A stretch of 64,000 nucleotides of DNA from contig CBDHFO010000017.1 of NCBI GenBank assembly GCA_965262645.1, positions 540,024 through 604,023 of the forward strand, given 5' to 3'. A program made the translations under genes and the position numbers. Source of the DNA: Candidatus Marinacidobacterium sp. GTDB lineage: Bacteria > Acidobacteriota > Vicinamibacteria > Marinacidobacterales > Marinacidobacteraceae. The notes below the pieces were generated by a model. That model had not been told where the DNA came from, did no database searches, and saw only the letters and a program-made list of their open reading frames with translations. Shown piece after piece: positions 29,283-40,535 of this stretch (its first letter is position 1; each line of letters starts with the position of its first letter).

Positions 29283-29545
29283 GAACATGTCGCACCGGCC
29301 CGATCCGCCGGGCGAACATGTCGCTCCAGCGGAGTCGGCTGGCCGGGTGAACATGTCGCAGTGGGGGCCGGCTGGGCCGCTACATGTCGCAATAGCCGGA
29401 ATTCCGGGCCCACATGTCGCTGTAGAGCAGCCGGCTGGACGGGAACATGTCGCACTAGCCCGATCCGCCGGGCGAACATGTCGCATTAGCGGAGCCGGCG
29501 GGACGTCAACATGTCGCAGTAGCCAAATCCGGGAACCGGTAAATT
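29283..29545. repeat. Array of 8 tandem ~32-bp units: conserved GAACATGTCGCA followed by a variable CCGG-centred palindrome (iteron/centromere/operator-like; not CRISPR)
   Basis: ACATGTCGC at about 29285, 29316, 29349, 29382, 29412, 29445, 29476, 29508. Spacings are 30-33 bp. Units 1 and 6 are nearly identical. Confidence 0.8.
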
Positions 29546-29597
29546 CCACCTTCGCGGCAGACCGCCGGCTGGGTGCGGGGCTGTGAGAGGAGGCGAG

Positions 29598-30356
29598 ATG
29601 TTCAAGCGGAACGCGGTGGTGATCATGGGAGCGGCAGGCGCCGGGGCGCTATTGCTCGGCGCGGGAGCGCGCCCCCAGACACACTGGGGATACGAGGGGA
29701 CGCACGGTCCGGAGCACTGGGGCTCGCTTGACCCCGGGTTCGCCGTCTGCAGCAACGGGCGGGAGCAGTCGCCGACCGATCTCACGGGCGCCGAACCGCA
29801 GGACCTGTCCGAGATCGTCTTCGACTACGCGCCGAGCCCGATTTCCATCCTGAACAACGGCCACACGATCCAAGTCGACTACCAGCCGAGGAGCGGCATC
29901 GTCCTCGACGGGACGCGCTACGAACTGGTCCAGTTTCATTTCCACCACCGGAGCGAGCACACCGTGGACGGCGCCGGCTTTCCCCTGGAGATGCATCTGG
30001 TTCACGCCGGCGCGGACGGAGCGCTCGCCGTAGTCGGCGTCTTCCTCGAGGAAGGCGGAGCTAACGAAGCCCTCGCGCCGGTCTGGCGGCACCTGCCGCG
30101 GGAGTCCGGCCCCGCCGCAGTCGTCGAAGGGACGGTGGACGCCGCCGCGCTGCTCCCCGAGCAACGCAGGACGTGGCGCTATGCGGGTTCGCTCACCACC
30201 CCGCCCTGTACGGAGGGCGTCTCGTGGCTGGTGATGACGGAGCCCGTGACGGCTTCGAGGGAACAGATCGAGGCGTTCAGCGCGATCTTCCCCGTCAATA
30301 ACCGCCCGGTGCAGCCGCGGCACAGACGCCGGCTGGTCACCGATCGCGCGGGCTGA
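29598..30356 (+). CDS. Alpha-class carbonic anhydrase, periplasmic
   Basis: GGAGG RBS. Signal peptide. QFHFHHRSEHTVDGAGFPLEMHLVH alpha-CA signature. Confidence 0.85.
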   Translation: MFKRNAVVIMGAAGAGALLLGAGARPQTHWGYEGTHGPEHWGSLDPGFAVCSNGREQSPTDLTGAEPQDLSEIVFDYAPSPISILNNGHTIQVDYQPRSGIVLDGTRYELVQFHFHHRSEHTVDGAGFPLEMHLVHAGADGALAVVGVFLEEGGANEALAPVWRHLPRESGPAAVVEGTVDAAALLPEQRRTWRYAGSLTTPPCTEGVSWLVMTEPVTASREQIEAFSAIFPVNNRPVQPRHRRRLVTDRAG

Positions 30357-30369
30357 GCGGTCGCGCTAC

Positions 30370-30500
30370 CCGGGATCAGGCGGAGGTGCGGCCCTTACGC
30401 TGGCAGAGCGCAGCGTCACGGGTGCGGGTTTCGCGCTCCCGCGCGATGCCGGCCGGAGACCGGCGCTCCCGCCGTCCCCGCGCTTCTTCCCGATTGGCGT
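30370..30500. repeat. Dispersed repeat (GGTTTCGCGCTCCCGCGCGATGCCG family), copy 3
   Basis: ...gggtgcgggtttcgcgctcccgcgcgatgccggccgg... between the carbonic anhydrase and katG 3' ends. Confidence 0.6.
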
Positions 30501-30535
30501 TGCGCGGGTTCCCGGCCCGGTCGGGCCGCGATGTG

Positions 30536-32734
<2,199 letters not shown>

Positions 32735-32914
32735 TCACGCTCGCTAGCAGGGAGTCCCTCGATCCACGGTAGGGACGGCAGCGAACGGATCGCGTGGAAA
32801 CGGTCGGTGATTTTAACAACTGGGGGGCCGATCAGGCGCCGAACCGACGAACGCGCGCCAAGTACGCTCTCCGGGCCGTGGGGCTTCCGATGGCTCCGCC
32901 GATTGGAGAAGAGC

Positions 32915-34483
32915 ATGAGACACCTCCCCAACCAGGCCCTGATCGCCGGGAGCTGCGCGCTATTGGTCGCCGCCGCCGTCGCGGCCCAGACGCCTTATCC
33001 CGTGGACCGGGAGATGGTGGCGAAGATCCGCGAGGAGGGGCTCCACCGGTCCCGGCTTCCCGACACCCTCTCCTTTATGACCGATGTGCTCGGGGGCCGG
33101 CTGACCAACTCGGCGGCGATGGATCGGGCGCAGCGGTGGGCGCTCGAGGAGATGGCCGAGATCGGTCTCGAGAACACGGTCCGCGAGCCCTTCATGAACT
33201 ACGGGGCGAGCTGGGACAACGAGTACTTCTTGCTGCATATGACGGCGCCGGTGTACCAAACGCTCGTGGGCTATCCCATCGCCCACACCCCGGGAACGGA
33301 CGGAAGACGGGAGTTGGAAGTCGTCATCGCCGATGTGCGTTCCCGGGGCGACCTCGAAGCCCTGCGGGGCAAGCTCCGAGGGATGGCGGTCCTCTCGACG
33401 CCGCCCGCGACGGTGGACCGAACCCGTTTCGCTACCGGAACCCCGTCCCGGACCGACGAGGAGATGGAGCAGCTCGCTGAGAGCGTCCTCCCCAGGTCGG
33501 CCCCGGACCCCCTCTTCACCAGCGAGTACGCCGACCTGCCGCCCCATCCTGACGTGCTGACCCCGGTCGAACGTCTGGAGTTCTACGTCGAGGAGGGCGC
33601 CGCCGCGGTGCTCGAATCCCGGAGCGGCTGGCCGGGAGCGGTGCGCGGATTCGCTCGCCCCGGCGCGAAGGTGGACAGGTGGGACCGCGACGCGACCCTC
33701 GCTTCGCTGCCGATCATCGCGATCACCCCGGAGCACTACAACCGGATGTACCGCGTCCGGCGGCGCGGTCTGCCAGTGACCATCGACCTAGAAGTCCGCA
33801 ATCGGCACGGAGAGGGAGCGAGCGAGGCGAAAAACGTCCTGGGAGAGATCCCGGGGTCGGACCGCGCGGCCGAAATCGTCATGCTCGGCGCCCATCTCGA
33901 CAGTTGGCACGCGAGTCCGAACGCGAGCGACAACACCTCGGGGGTGGCGGTCATGCTGGAGGCGATGCGCATCCTGAAGGCGGTCGGCGCTCAGCCGCGC
34001 CGGACGATCCGAATCGCGCTCTGGTCAGGCGAGGAACAGGGCATTTTCGGGTCGCGGGCCTACGTGAAGAGGCACTTCGGCGATCCCGGCGATCCGGAGG
34101 TGGGGATGAAACCCGACTACGACAACTTCTCCGTGTACTTCAATCAGGACTACGGCCCCGGCCGCTACCGGGGCGTCTGGCTCCAGGAGAACGAGCACGT
34201 CCGGCCGATCTTCGAGGCCTGGATGGCCCCGTTCCACGACTTCGGGATGACTACCCTGGCCCCGGGAAGCGTGGGGAGCACCGACCACGTGCCGTTCGAC
34301 GACGCGGGGCTGCCAGGTTTCCAGTTCCTGCAGGCGCGGGTGGGCGGCACCGGGGGCCACACAAACCTCGACTTCTACGACACCCTGCCGATCGACGACC
34401 TGAAAAAGAACGCCGTGGTGGTGGCGGCGTTCGTGTACCACGCGGCAATGGCGGACCAGAAGCTGCCGCGCAAGGGGCGGTAG
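32915..34483 (+). CDS. M28-family metallopeptidase (aminopeptidase), secreted
   Basis: 522 aa from an internal ATG with GGAGAAGAGC RBS. AHLDSWH, DNTSGVAVMLE, GEEQG. The 1365-aa ORF containing it is otherwise antisense to katG. Confidence 0.8.
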   Translation: MRHLPNQALIAGSCALLVAAAVAAQTPYPVDREMVAKIREEGLHRSRLPDTLSFMTDVLGGRLTNSAAMDRAQRWALEEMAEIGLENTVREPFMNYGASWDNEYFLLHMTAPVYQTLVGYPIAHTPGTDGRRELEVVIADVRSRGDLEALRGKLRGMAVLSTPPATVDRTRFATGTPSRTDEEMEQLAESVLPRSAPDPLFTSEYADLPPHPDVLTPVERLEFYVEEGAAAVLESRSGWPGAVRGFARPGAKVDRWDRDATLASLPIIAITPEHYNRMYRVRRRGLPVTIDLEVRNRHGEGASEAKNVLGEIPGSDRAAEIVMLGAHLDSWHASPNASDNTSGVAVMLEAMRILKAVGAQPRRTIRIALWSGEEQGIFGSRAYVKRHFGDPGDPEVGMKPDYDNFSVYFNQDYGPGRYRGVWLQENEHVRPIFEAWMAPFHDFGMTTLAPGSVGSTDHVPFDDAGLPGFQFLQARVGGTGGHTNLDFYDTLPIDDLKKNAVVVAAFVYHAAMADQKLPRKGR

Positions 34484-34493
34484 TGGTGAGTTT

Positions 34494-34510
34494 CGCGGCC
34501 TTCGGCCGCG
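34494..34510. terminator. Perfect GC hairpin (CGCGGCCttcGGCCGCG) between the convergent M28 peptidase and glcF genes; possible bidirectional terminator
   Basis: 7-bp stem, 3-nt loop, seen directly. No T-run, as is usual in high-GC genomes. Confidence 0.35.
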
Positions 34511-34578
34511 ATGCCGGTCGGAGGCCCCCACCGGGAGGACTGGCCGGCGCTCCATTGCGCGCCTTCAGGCCGGTGGGC

Positions 34579-35856
34579 TCAGACCTCTCCCTCCCGGCGG
34601 TAGGCGTCGGCGAGGAGTTCCACCGGATGGGCGACCTCGGCTTCCAGTCCCGCGCGGCGGACGCCTTCGGCGAGCTGGAGCTGACAGCCGATGTTCCCGG
34701 TGGCGATGAGGTCGGGGCGCGCCGGAGCGATGTTCGCCATCTTGCGGTCGAGGACCGCCATCGAGGTGTCGTGCCGGGTCACGTTGTAGATCCCGGCGGA
34801 ACCGCAGCACCGTTCGGGGTCCCGGACCGTCAGTAGTTCCACGCCGGGCAGGCTGCGGAGGATCCCGAGCGGCTCCTCCCGGACCTTCTGGGCGTGGAAC
34901 AGGTGGCAGGGGGCGTCGTACACGACCCGGAGAGGGTTAGCCCGCGGCCCGGCGCCAGGTGGCTCGAAGCCGTTTTGCGCGAGGAAAGCCGAAACGTCGG
35001 TGACCCGTTCCGAAAAATCCTCACCGCGCTCTTTGTTTCCGAGCAGCTCGCCGTACTCGGATAGCGCCGCGCCGCACCCGGCGGCAGTCGTCACCACCGG
35101 CAAATCGTTCGGAAACGCGCTCATGTTTCGCCGAGCCAGCGGGCGCGCCAGATCCGGAAGCCCGGCGTGAATATGGAGCGCCCCACAACACCCCTGCCCC
35201 TCCGGAATCACCACTTCCCAGCCGTTCCTCGAGAGCGCCTCCAGCGCCGCCCGGCTCGTCTCCGGACGAAGGTGCGGCGCGACACATCCCAGGAAAAGGG
35301 CCACTGTCCCGCGTGTGTCCCCCATCGAAGGGGTCCGCCGCGGCAGACGATCCCGGGCTGGAACATCCGGCAGCAGCCGCTCGCGCGCCGCGAGCTTCGG
35401 GAGCACCCGCGCCAGCACCGGACGGACAAGGCGGCGAAGACCGAGCCTCCCCGCCAGGCGCAACAGCGACATCGCCGCTTTCAACACCGCTGGCCGGCCC
35501 ACCACCATCCCGAGCGCAAACTGTTTCAACACCCGCACCCGGAGCGGTTCGACCCGCTCCTCGCTGAGCAAGCCGCGCACTCCCTCGACGATGGCGCCGA
35601 CTTCCACCCCCGCCGGACAGACGGTCTCGCAGCCGCGGCAGGCCAGACACTCGTAGAGGTCTTCCGCCAGACCGTCGCTCGCCGGAAGCCGTCCTTCGAG
35701 CAGAGCGCGGGCGTTGAATACCTGCCCACGGGGCGCGAGGGATTCGCGCGGAGCGTTCTCGTAGGCCGGGCAGGCCGGAAGGCAGAGACCGCAGTGGACG
35801 CACGCGAGCGTCTTCTCGTAGATCCGGAGAGCCTCGCCACCAGTCGGTTGGATCAC
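34579..35856 (-). CDS. glcF: Glycolate oxidase iron-sulfur subunit
   Basis: 425 aa. 4Fe-4S CxxCxxCxxxCP motif (CVHCGLCLPACP), second Cys cluster, CCG domains. Confidence 0.8.
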   Translation of the reverse strand: MIQPTGGEALRIYEKTLACVHCGLCLPACPAYENAPRESLAPRGQVFNARALLEGRLPASDGLAEDLYECLACRGCETVCPAGVEVGAIVEGVRGLLSEERVEPLRVRVLKQFALGMVVGRPAVLKAAMSLLRLAGRLGLRRLVRPVLARVLPKLAARERLLPDVPARDRLPRRTPSMGDTRGTVALFLGCVAPHLRPETSRAALEALSRNGWEVVIPEGQGCCGALHIHAGLPDLARPLARRNMSAFPNDLPVVTTAAGCGAALSEYGELLGNKERGEDFSERVTDVSAFLAQNGFEPPGAGPRANPLRVVYDAPCHLFHAQKVREEPLGILRSLPGVELLTVRDPERCCGSAGIYNVTRHDTSMAVLDRKMANIAPARPDLIATGNIGCQLQLAEGVRRAGLEAEVAHPVELLADAYRREGEV

Positions 35857-35934
35857 AGGGCGAATCTAACAGCCCGTGGAAAGAGCACCCCGCACGGTTT
35901 CCACGACGACACCCCAACCGCATCGGACCGGTTC

Positions 35935-36060
35935 TCTCCGTCCGGGGCGCTCTTCCCACGGGGTGATGGCGGGGATCGCTGAGCGATTCCCGCCATCGTC
36001 TTTCGCGGGGAGGGGAAACCCCTCCCCGCACCCGACCCCCGCGGCGCTCCGCGCCGCGGA
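35935..36060. repeat. GC-rich hairpin repeat element (GGGGAGGGGAAACCCCTCCCC), copy 2, inverted relative to copy 1
   Basis: cgattcccgccatcgtctttcgcggggaggggaaacccctccccgcacccgacccc is the reverse complement of the 3610-3710 element. Lies between glcE and glcF. Confidence 0.6.
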
Positions 36061-36105
36061 CAAGACCGCTCTTCGCCACCGCCGGCGAAGCTCAACGGCG
36101 CCCCC

Positions 36106-37308
36106 TCAGAAGGGCATCCGGCCGGGAGCCAGAACCCCGTCGGGATCGAAGGCCGCCTTGATGCGGCGCGCGAGCGCTCCGACCGGCGCGGGCGGCGGCG
36201 GGTAGTAGGCGGGATGGTCCCGCTTCCAGCCAGCCGGGGCGGTTTCGACAACCGCGGAGACTCCCGGTTCGCTGCGTAGAGCTTCGAGGGCCGCCTCGAA
36301 GTCGGTCGTCGGGACGGACGCAATGGCGCGCCGCTGGTCGGGGAAGGCGACGGGCGGACCGAAGGCGGCGAGTCCCCACACCGTGCGCAGCAGGGCCTCC
36401 CGGGGACCGCGAAGCGAAAGACCCAGCGTTTTCTGCCGATGGGGAACCACCGCGGCGAAGTCCCGGACCCCTGCCCAAACCTCCTCCTCGTCGGAGCCCT
36501 CGAGGATTCTCCCGGTCCCTCCCGCGGCCTTCACCACGCCGTCCGGGGACGCCGCCGCCTCCTCCCTGAGTCCCTCGAAACGTATTGCCAGGCGAAAGCC
36601 TCCTTCTTCGGGAAGCCCGGGGAGGCCCGTTCCCGGAGGTACCACCGCGACCGCCGCCGGAGCGGGCGCCGCGGCAGCCGCCGCCAGCACCCGGTCCGCG
36701 AACTGCTCGACCGGGTCGGAAACCGGGAGGCACGCGACCACCGTGCGCGAGGCTTCGGGAAACGCCCGGAGCCGCACGGTGACCCGCGTGATGGCGCCCA
36801 GGGTCCCGAGCGAGCCGGTGAAGAGCTTGGTCAACTCGTAACCCGTCACGTTCTTCACGACCCGCCCGCCGGATCGGATGCGGGTCCCGGCGGCCAGCAC
36901 CGCCGACAGGCCGAGCAGGAGATCCCGGGGACGAGACCCGGGGACCACCCGGAACCCGGGGTCGCCCGCGGCGATCACGCCTCCGAGGGTCGCCCGTTCC
37001 GGTAGGGGAGGGTCGAGAGGAAGGAACTGCCGGTGGGGCGCCAGCGCGCGGTTCAACGCCCCGACGGTCGTACCCGCCCAGGCCTCGACGGTCAGATCCC
37101 GGACGTGGTGCTCGATCACCCCCGACAGGCCACCGATGTCGAGCACCCGATCGGCACGCACCGGGGCGCCCAACTCCAGGCGAGTGCCGCCTCCCCGGAA
37201 AACCACGGACTCTCCGGCCCCGGAAGCGGCGGCGAGGGCGGTTGCCACTCCCTCCTCGCTCCCGGGCGCCAAGGTCCGGCGGACCGGTAGCCCGTCGAGC
37301 GCGTCCAC
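36106..37308 (-). CDS. glcE: Glycolate oxidase FAD-binding subunit
   Basis: FAD-binding PCMH domain (VVFRGGGTRLELG). Probable GTG start 4 nt after the glcD stop. The ORF extends to 37395. Confidence 0.7.
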   Translation of the reverse strand: MDALDGLPVRRTLAPGSEEGVATALAAASGAGESVVFRGGGTRLELGAPVRADRVLDIGGLSGVIEHHVRDLTVEAWAGTTVGALNRALAPHRQFLPLDPPLPERATLGGVIAAGDPGFRVVPGSRPRDLLLGLSAVLAAGTRIRSGGRVVKNVTGYELTKLFTGSLGTLGAITRVTVRLRAFPEASRTVVACLPVSDPVEQFADRVLAAAAAAPAPAAVAVVPPGTGLPGLPEEGGFRLAIRFEGLREEAAASPDGVVKAAGGTGRILEGSDEEEVWAGVRDFAAVVPHRQKTLGLSLRGPREALLRTVWGLAAFGPPVAFPDQRRAIASVPTTDFEAALEALRSEPGVSAVVETAPAGWKRDHPAYYPPPPAPVGALARRIKAAFDPDGVLAPGRMPF

Positions 37309-37312
37309 CGGA

Positions 37313-38797
37313 TCAGATCCAGGCGCCGGGGATCGCGGCGACCCGACCCGGCAATCCACTTTCGGGGCCACTCTCGGGGCCACTCCCGGGGCCACTTTCG
37401 GGAAGGGCTGCCCGCGACTCGCCGCAGCCGGCTCGCACCGGAAAAATCTTGCCGGGGTTCAGCAGCCCTTGCCGGTTCCAGGAGTCCCGGACCCGGCGCA
37501 TCGCCTCGATGTCATCCTCTCCAAAGAGCAGATGAAGGGAATCGCGCTTCTCGATCCCCACCCCGTGCTCGCCGGACAGCACCCCACCGAGCCGGACGCA
37601 CATCACGAGCAAGTCATGGCTCGCGGCGAGCACCCGGGCCTTTTCATCCGGATTCCGCCCGTCGTAGGAAATGCAGGGATGGAGGTTCCCGTCCCCCGCG
37701 TGAAACACGTTCGCGATCCGGAGGCCGTGGCGTTTGCCGATCCGCTCGACTTCCGCGATGGCCTCGGGGAGCGCGGAACGGGGAACCACCCCGTCCTGCA
37801 CGTAGAGATCGGTCGAGATACGGCCCATGGCGCCGAAGGCGAATTTGCGGCCGCGCCAGAGCAGTTCCCGCTCCGCCGCGTCACTCGCGACCCGAATATC
37901 GAGGGCTCCGCAGTCCTGGAGGATGCGGTCCACCTCGGTTCGCTGCCGGGCGACCGCCGCGCCTGCGCCATCAAGCTCGAGAAGAAGTACCGCCCCGGCA
38001 TCCTTCGGGTAACCCGCTCCGATGCCGGCCTCGACCACCTCGATCGTGGCCGCGTCGAGCATCTCCATCGCCACCGGAACAATGCCGGCGGCGACGATCA
38101 GGGAGACGGCTTCGCAGGCCGGGACCAGACCGGCGAAGGGCGCCAGCAGGGTCTCGACGGTCTCCGGAACGGGGAGCAACCGCACCGTGGCTTCGGTGGC
38201 GATCCCGAGGGTGCCCTCGGAACCGATGAAGAGGCCGAGCAGGTCATAGCCGGCGTCATCCTCCGAGAGCACCACCACCTCGCCGTCGTCGAGGACCACG
38301 GTCGCCGACAGGATGTGCGAAGTGGTCGCCCCCAGCTTGAAACAGTGCGGGCCTCCCGAGTTCTCGGCGATGTTGCCTCCGAGCGTGCAGGCGGACTGGC
38401 TCGAAGGGTCGGGAGCGAAGAAGAGTCCGAAGGGAGCGGCGGCTCGCGATATCTCGAGGTTGACCACCCCCGTCTGACAGCGGGCGATCCGCTCCCGGGC
38501 GTCGATCTCGAGGACCTTGTTCATCCCCGCCAGCGAAATCACCACCCCGCCCTCGATCGGGGTCGCGCCTCCGGAAAGACCGGTACCGGCCCCGCGCGCG
38601 GTGAAGGGGACGCCGGCGGCGGAGCAAGCCCGCACGACCGCGGACACTTCGGCGGTGGTGCGGGGGAGCGCCACGGCTTGGGGCGCACTGCGGTAGGCGG
38701 TGCTCCCGTCACATTCGTAGGGAAGCGTGTGCTCCGGACGGACGAGAAAACCGTGTCGCCCGAGGAGAGGTCGGAGTGCGGCGGCAAGCGCTTCCAT
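37313..38797 (-). CDS. glcD: Glycolate oxidase subunit GlcD (FAD-linked oxidase)
   Basis: FAD_binding_4 plus FAD-oxidase C domain. C-terminal low-complexity SGPGSGPESGPESG tail encoded by a GGGGCCACTC tandem repeat. Confidence 0.85.
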   Translation of the reverse strand: MEALAAALRPLLGRHGFLVRPEHTLPYECDGSTAYRSAPQAVALPRTTAEVSAVVRACSAAGVPFTARGAGTGLSGGATPIEGGVVISLAGMNKVLEIDARERIARCQTGVVNLEISRAAAPFGLFFAPDPSSQSACTLGGNIAENSGGPHCFKLGATTSHILSATVVLDDGEVVVLSEDDAGYDLLGLFIGSEGTLGIATEATVRLLPVPETVETLLAPFAGLVPACEAVSLIVAAGIVPVAMEMLDAATIEVVEAGIGAGYPKDAGAVLLLELDGAGAAVARQRTEVDRILQDCGALDIRVASDAAERELLWRGRKFAFGAMGRISTDLYVQDGVVPRSALPEAIAEVERIGKRHGLRIANVFHAGDGNLHPCISYDGRNPDEKARVLAASHDLLVMCVRLGGVLSGEHGVGIEKRDSLHLLFGEDDIEAMRRVRDSWNRQGLLNPGKIFPVRAGCGESRAALPESGPGSGPESGPESGLPGRVAAIPGAWI

Positions 38798-39004
38798 CAG
38801 CGAAATCCCGGAAATGGGTTGAAGGGCAACCACTACCCGTCGGCGCGGTCAGACTCCGAAGTATCCCAGCCCCGGCGTCGATCCGGGTGTTTAAGGACTC
38901 ACTGGCCAGCCAATCTCATGCTGGTCGCGCTTGTTATACTGGCTTTCTGTTTGCTCGCTCCGGCCCCGCGCCGACAGCGGGTGGGCCGGGTCAAGGAGTC
39001 CCAG

Positions 39005-39508
39005 ATGGAAAGCGTATTGACGCAACCGACGGTCAAGGCCGCCCAGCCGGAGTCCGGCCAGGACGTGTTCCGCGGCCAGATGAAGGTCATGCATCGGACG
39101 CTGAAAGTGGTCACGGATTCGCGCGTGGAACTGCACAACATCAGCGACCGCGTACGCGACCAGGTGCGGGATTCGGGCATCAAGGCCGGTTTCCTCATCC
39201 TCTCGACGCTTCACACCACGACCGCGCTTTTCCTGAACGAATTCCAGGCGGCCCTGATGGCCGACCTCACCGAGTGCCTCGAGCGGCTCGTGGACACCGA
39301 GGACGGTTACCTCCACAACTGCGAAGACTGTTCCGATTGCGAGCGGAAGAATGCTGACGCGCACCTCCGCGCGACGCTGCTCGGTCACAACGTGACCGTT
39401 CCGATCCTCGAGGGAGAGATCAGCCTCGGACAGTGGCAGAGCATCCTCTTCGCGGAACTCGACGGGCCGCGCCAGCGCACGGTCACCGCTCACCTGATCG
39501 GAGTCTAG
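39005..39508 (+). CDS. yjbQ: YjbQ/UPF0047 family protein (secondary thiamine-phosphate synthase-like)
   Basis: AAGGAG RBS 6 nt upstream of the ATG. ...TTALFLNEFQ...CERKNADAHLRATLLGHNVTVPILEGEISLGQWQSILFAELDGPR. Confidence 0.8.
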   Translation: MESVLTQPTVKAAQPESGQDVFRGQMKVMHRTLKVVTDSRVELHNISDRVRDQVRDSGIKAGFLILSTLHTTTALFLNEFQAALMADLTECLERLVDTEDGYLHNCEDCSDCERKNADAHLRATLLGHNVTVPILEGEISLGQWQSILFAELDGPRQRTVTAHLIGV

Positions 39509-39509
39509 G

Positions 39510-39620
39510 AACGCCCGGAGCGCCGGTCAGTTCTCCCGGTGGGGGCCTTCAGACTGGCATCGCTGCCCGGAGGGCGGCGAAATCCCCGGCGTCAACCTCA
39601 CCGATAGCTCCTGACCCCGC
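39510..39620. repeat. Dispersed repeat (TTCAGACYGGCATCGCT family; shares TCTCCCGGTGGGGG with the MITEs)
   Basis: Similar to 15700-15790. Confidence 0.5.
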
Positions 39621-39659
39621 TGCGGGGAACACGGGCTCGGACAACGCCGGATAAAGCCT

Positions 39660-40367
39660 GTGCCCTCGCCATCAGCAGGACCCCCGGTAGCCATCGTCAC
39701 CGGCGCCAGTCAGGGAATCGGCGCCGCAACCGCCCTGAAGCTCGCCGAGCGTGGTTTCGCCGTCGCGCTGGCGGCGCGCCGCCCGATGGGTCTGGTCTCG
39801 ATCGAGAATCGGATCCGGGAAGCGGGCGGGTTCGCCTTTGTTGCCCCGACCGACATCACGGAACCGGGTCAGGTACGCGAGTTGGTCGCGGAAACCGAGA
39901 GGCGTTTTGGTCCCGTGGGATTGCTGGTGAACGCCGCGGGCGCGGCCTTTCGCGCTCCCCTTACCGCCACCTCCGAGGCGGATTTCGACCGGGTCCTGGG
40001 AGTGAATCTGAAGGGCGTGTTCCTCGCTACCAAGGCCGTTCTGCCAGCGATGATCGAACGGAGAAGCGGCCGCATCGTGAACCTGGCGGCGGTGGCGGCT
40101 CGGATCGGCGCTCCCCGGTTGACCGTCTATGGCGCCTCGAAGTGGGGTGTCGTGGGGTTCACCAAGGCATGCGCGGAGGAACTGCGGCCCGCCGGAATCT
40201 CGGTGTTCGCGGTTTGCCCCGGCTCCGTGGATACCGAGTCCTACCGAACGGTGATCCCCGGCGCGAAGCCGAGGTCCAGCCCCGAAGCGGTAGCGGATGT
40301 CATTGTCTGGCTCGGCAGCGAAGCTCCCGCAGCCATGTCCGGCAGCGTGGTGGATGCGCCCGGGTAG
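39660..40367 (+). CDS. SDR-family oxidoreductase
   Basis: 235 aa. TGASQGIGAA glycine motif, YGASK catalytic YxxxK. GTG start. Its TAG stop is the first triplet of the downstream MITE. Confidence 0.8.
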   Translation: MPSPSAGPPVAIVTGASQGIGAATALKLAERGFAVALAARRPMGLVSIENRIREAGGFAFVAPTDITEPGQVRELVAETERRFGPVGLLVNAAGAAFRAPLTATSEADFDRVLGVNLKGVFLATKAVLPAMIERRSGRIVNLAAVAARIGAPRLTVYGASKWGVVGFTKACAEELRPAGISVFAVCPGSVDTESYRTVIPGAKPRSSPEAVADVIVWLGSEAPAAMSGSVVDAPG

Positions 40368-40524
40368 CAGCCTGTGGTGAAACCCAGGCGGCCCAGTTCT
40401 CCCGGTGGGGGCTCCTCCCTCACGCGCCTTGTCAGCCGGGCCCCCACCGGGAGAACTGGCCCCACCGGGAGAACTGGGCCTCGCCGCTCTCGGCGCCCAC
40501 CCGGGTTCCACCACAGGCTGCTAA
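40365..40524. mobile_element. MITE (TIR CAGCCTGTGG...CCACAGGCTG), short copy
   Basis: TAGCAGCCTGTGGtgaaaccc...ccaccgggagaactgg x2...gggttCCACCACAGGCTGCTAA. Confidence 0.7.
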
Positions 40525-40535
40525 AGGTGAAGATC

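Noticed and set aside
29283-29545. Considered whether the 8-unit tandem array is a CRISPR array
   Set aside because: The period is only 30-33 bp and the conserved part is about 11 bp. There are no unique spacers of 25 bp or more, no cas genes nearby, and no AT-rich leader. It is better described as an iteron or operator-like tandem repeat.
36878-39508. 876-aa ORF on the plus strand
   Set aside because: It is antisense to glcD and glcE for most of its length with no family signal. Only the terminal 167 codons (YjbQ, from the ATG at 39005 with an AAGGAG RBS) are real.
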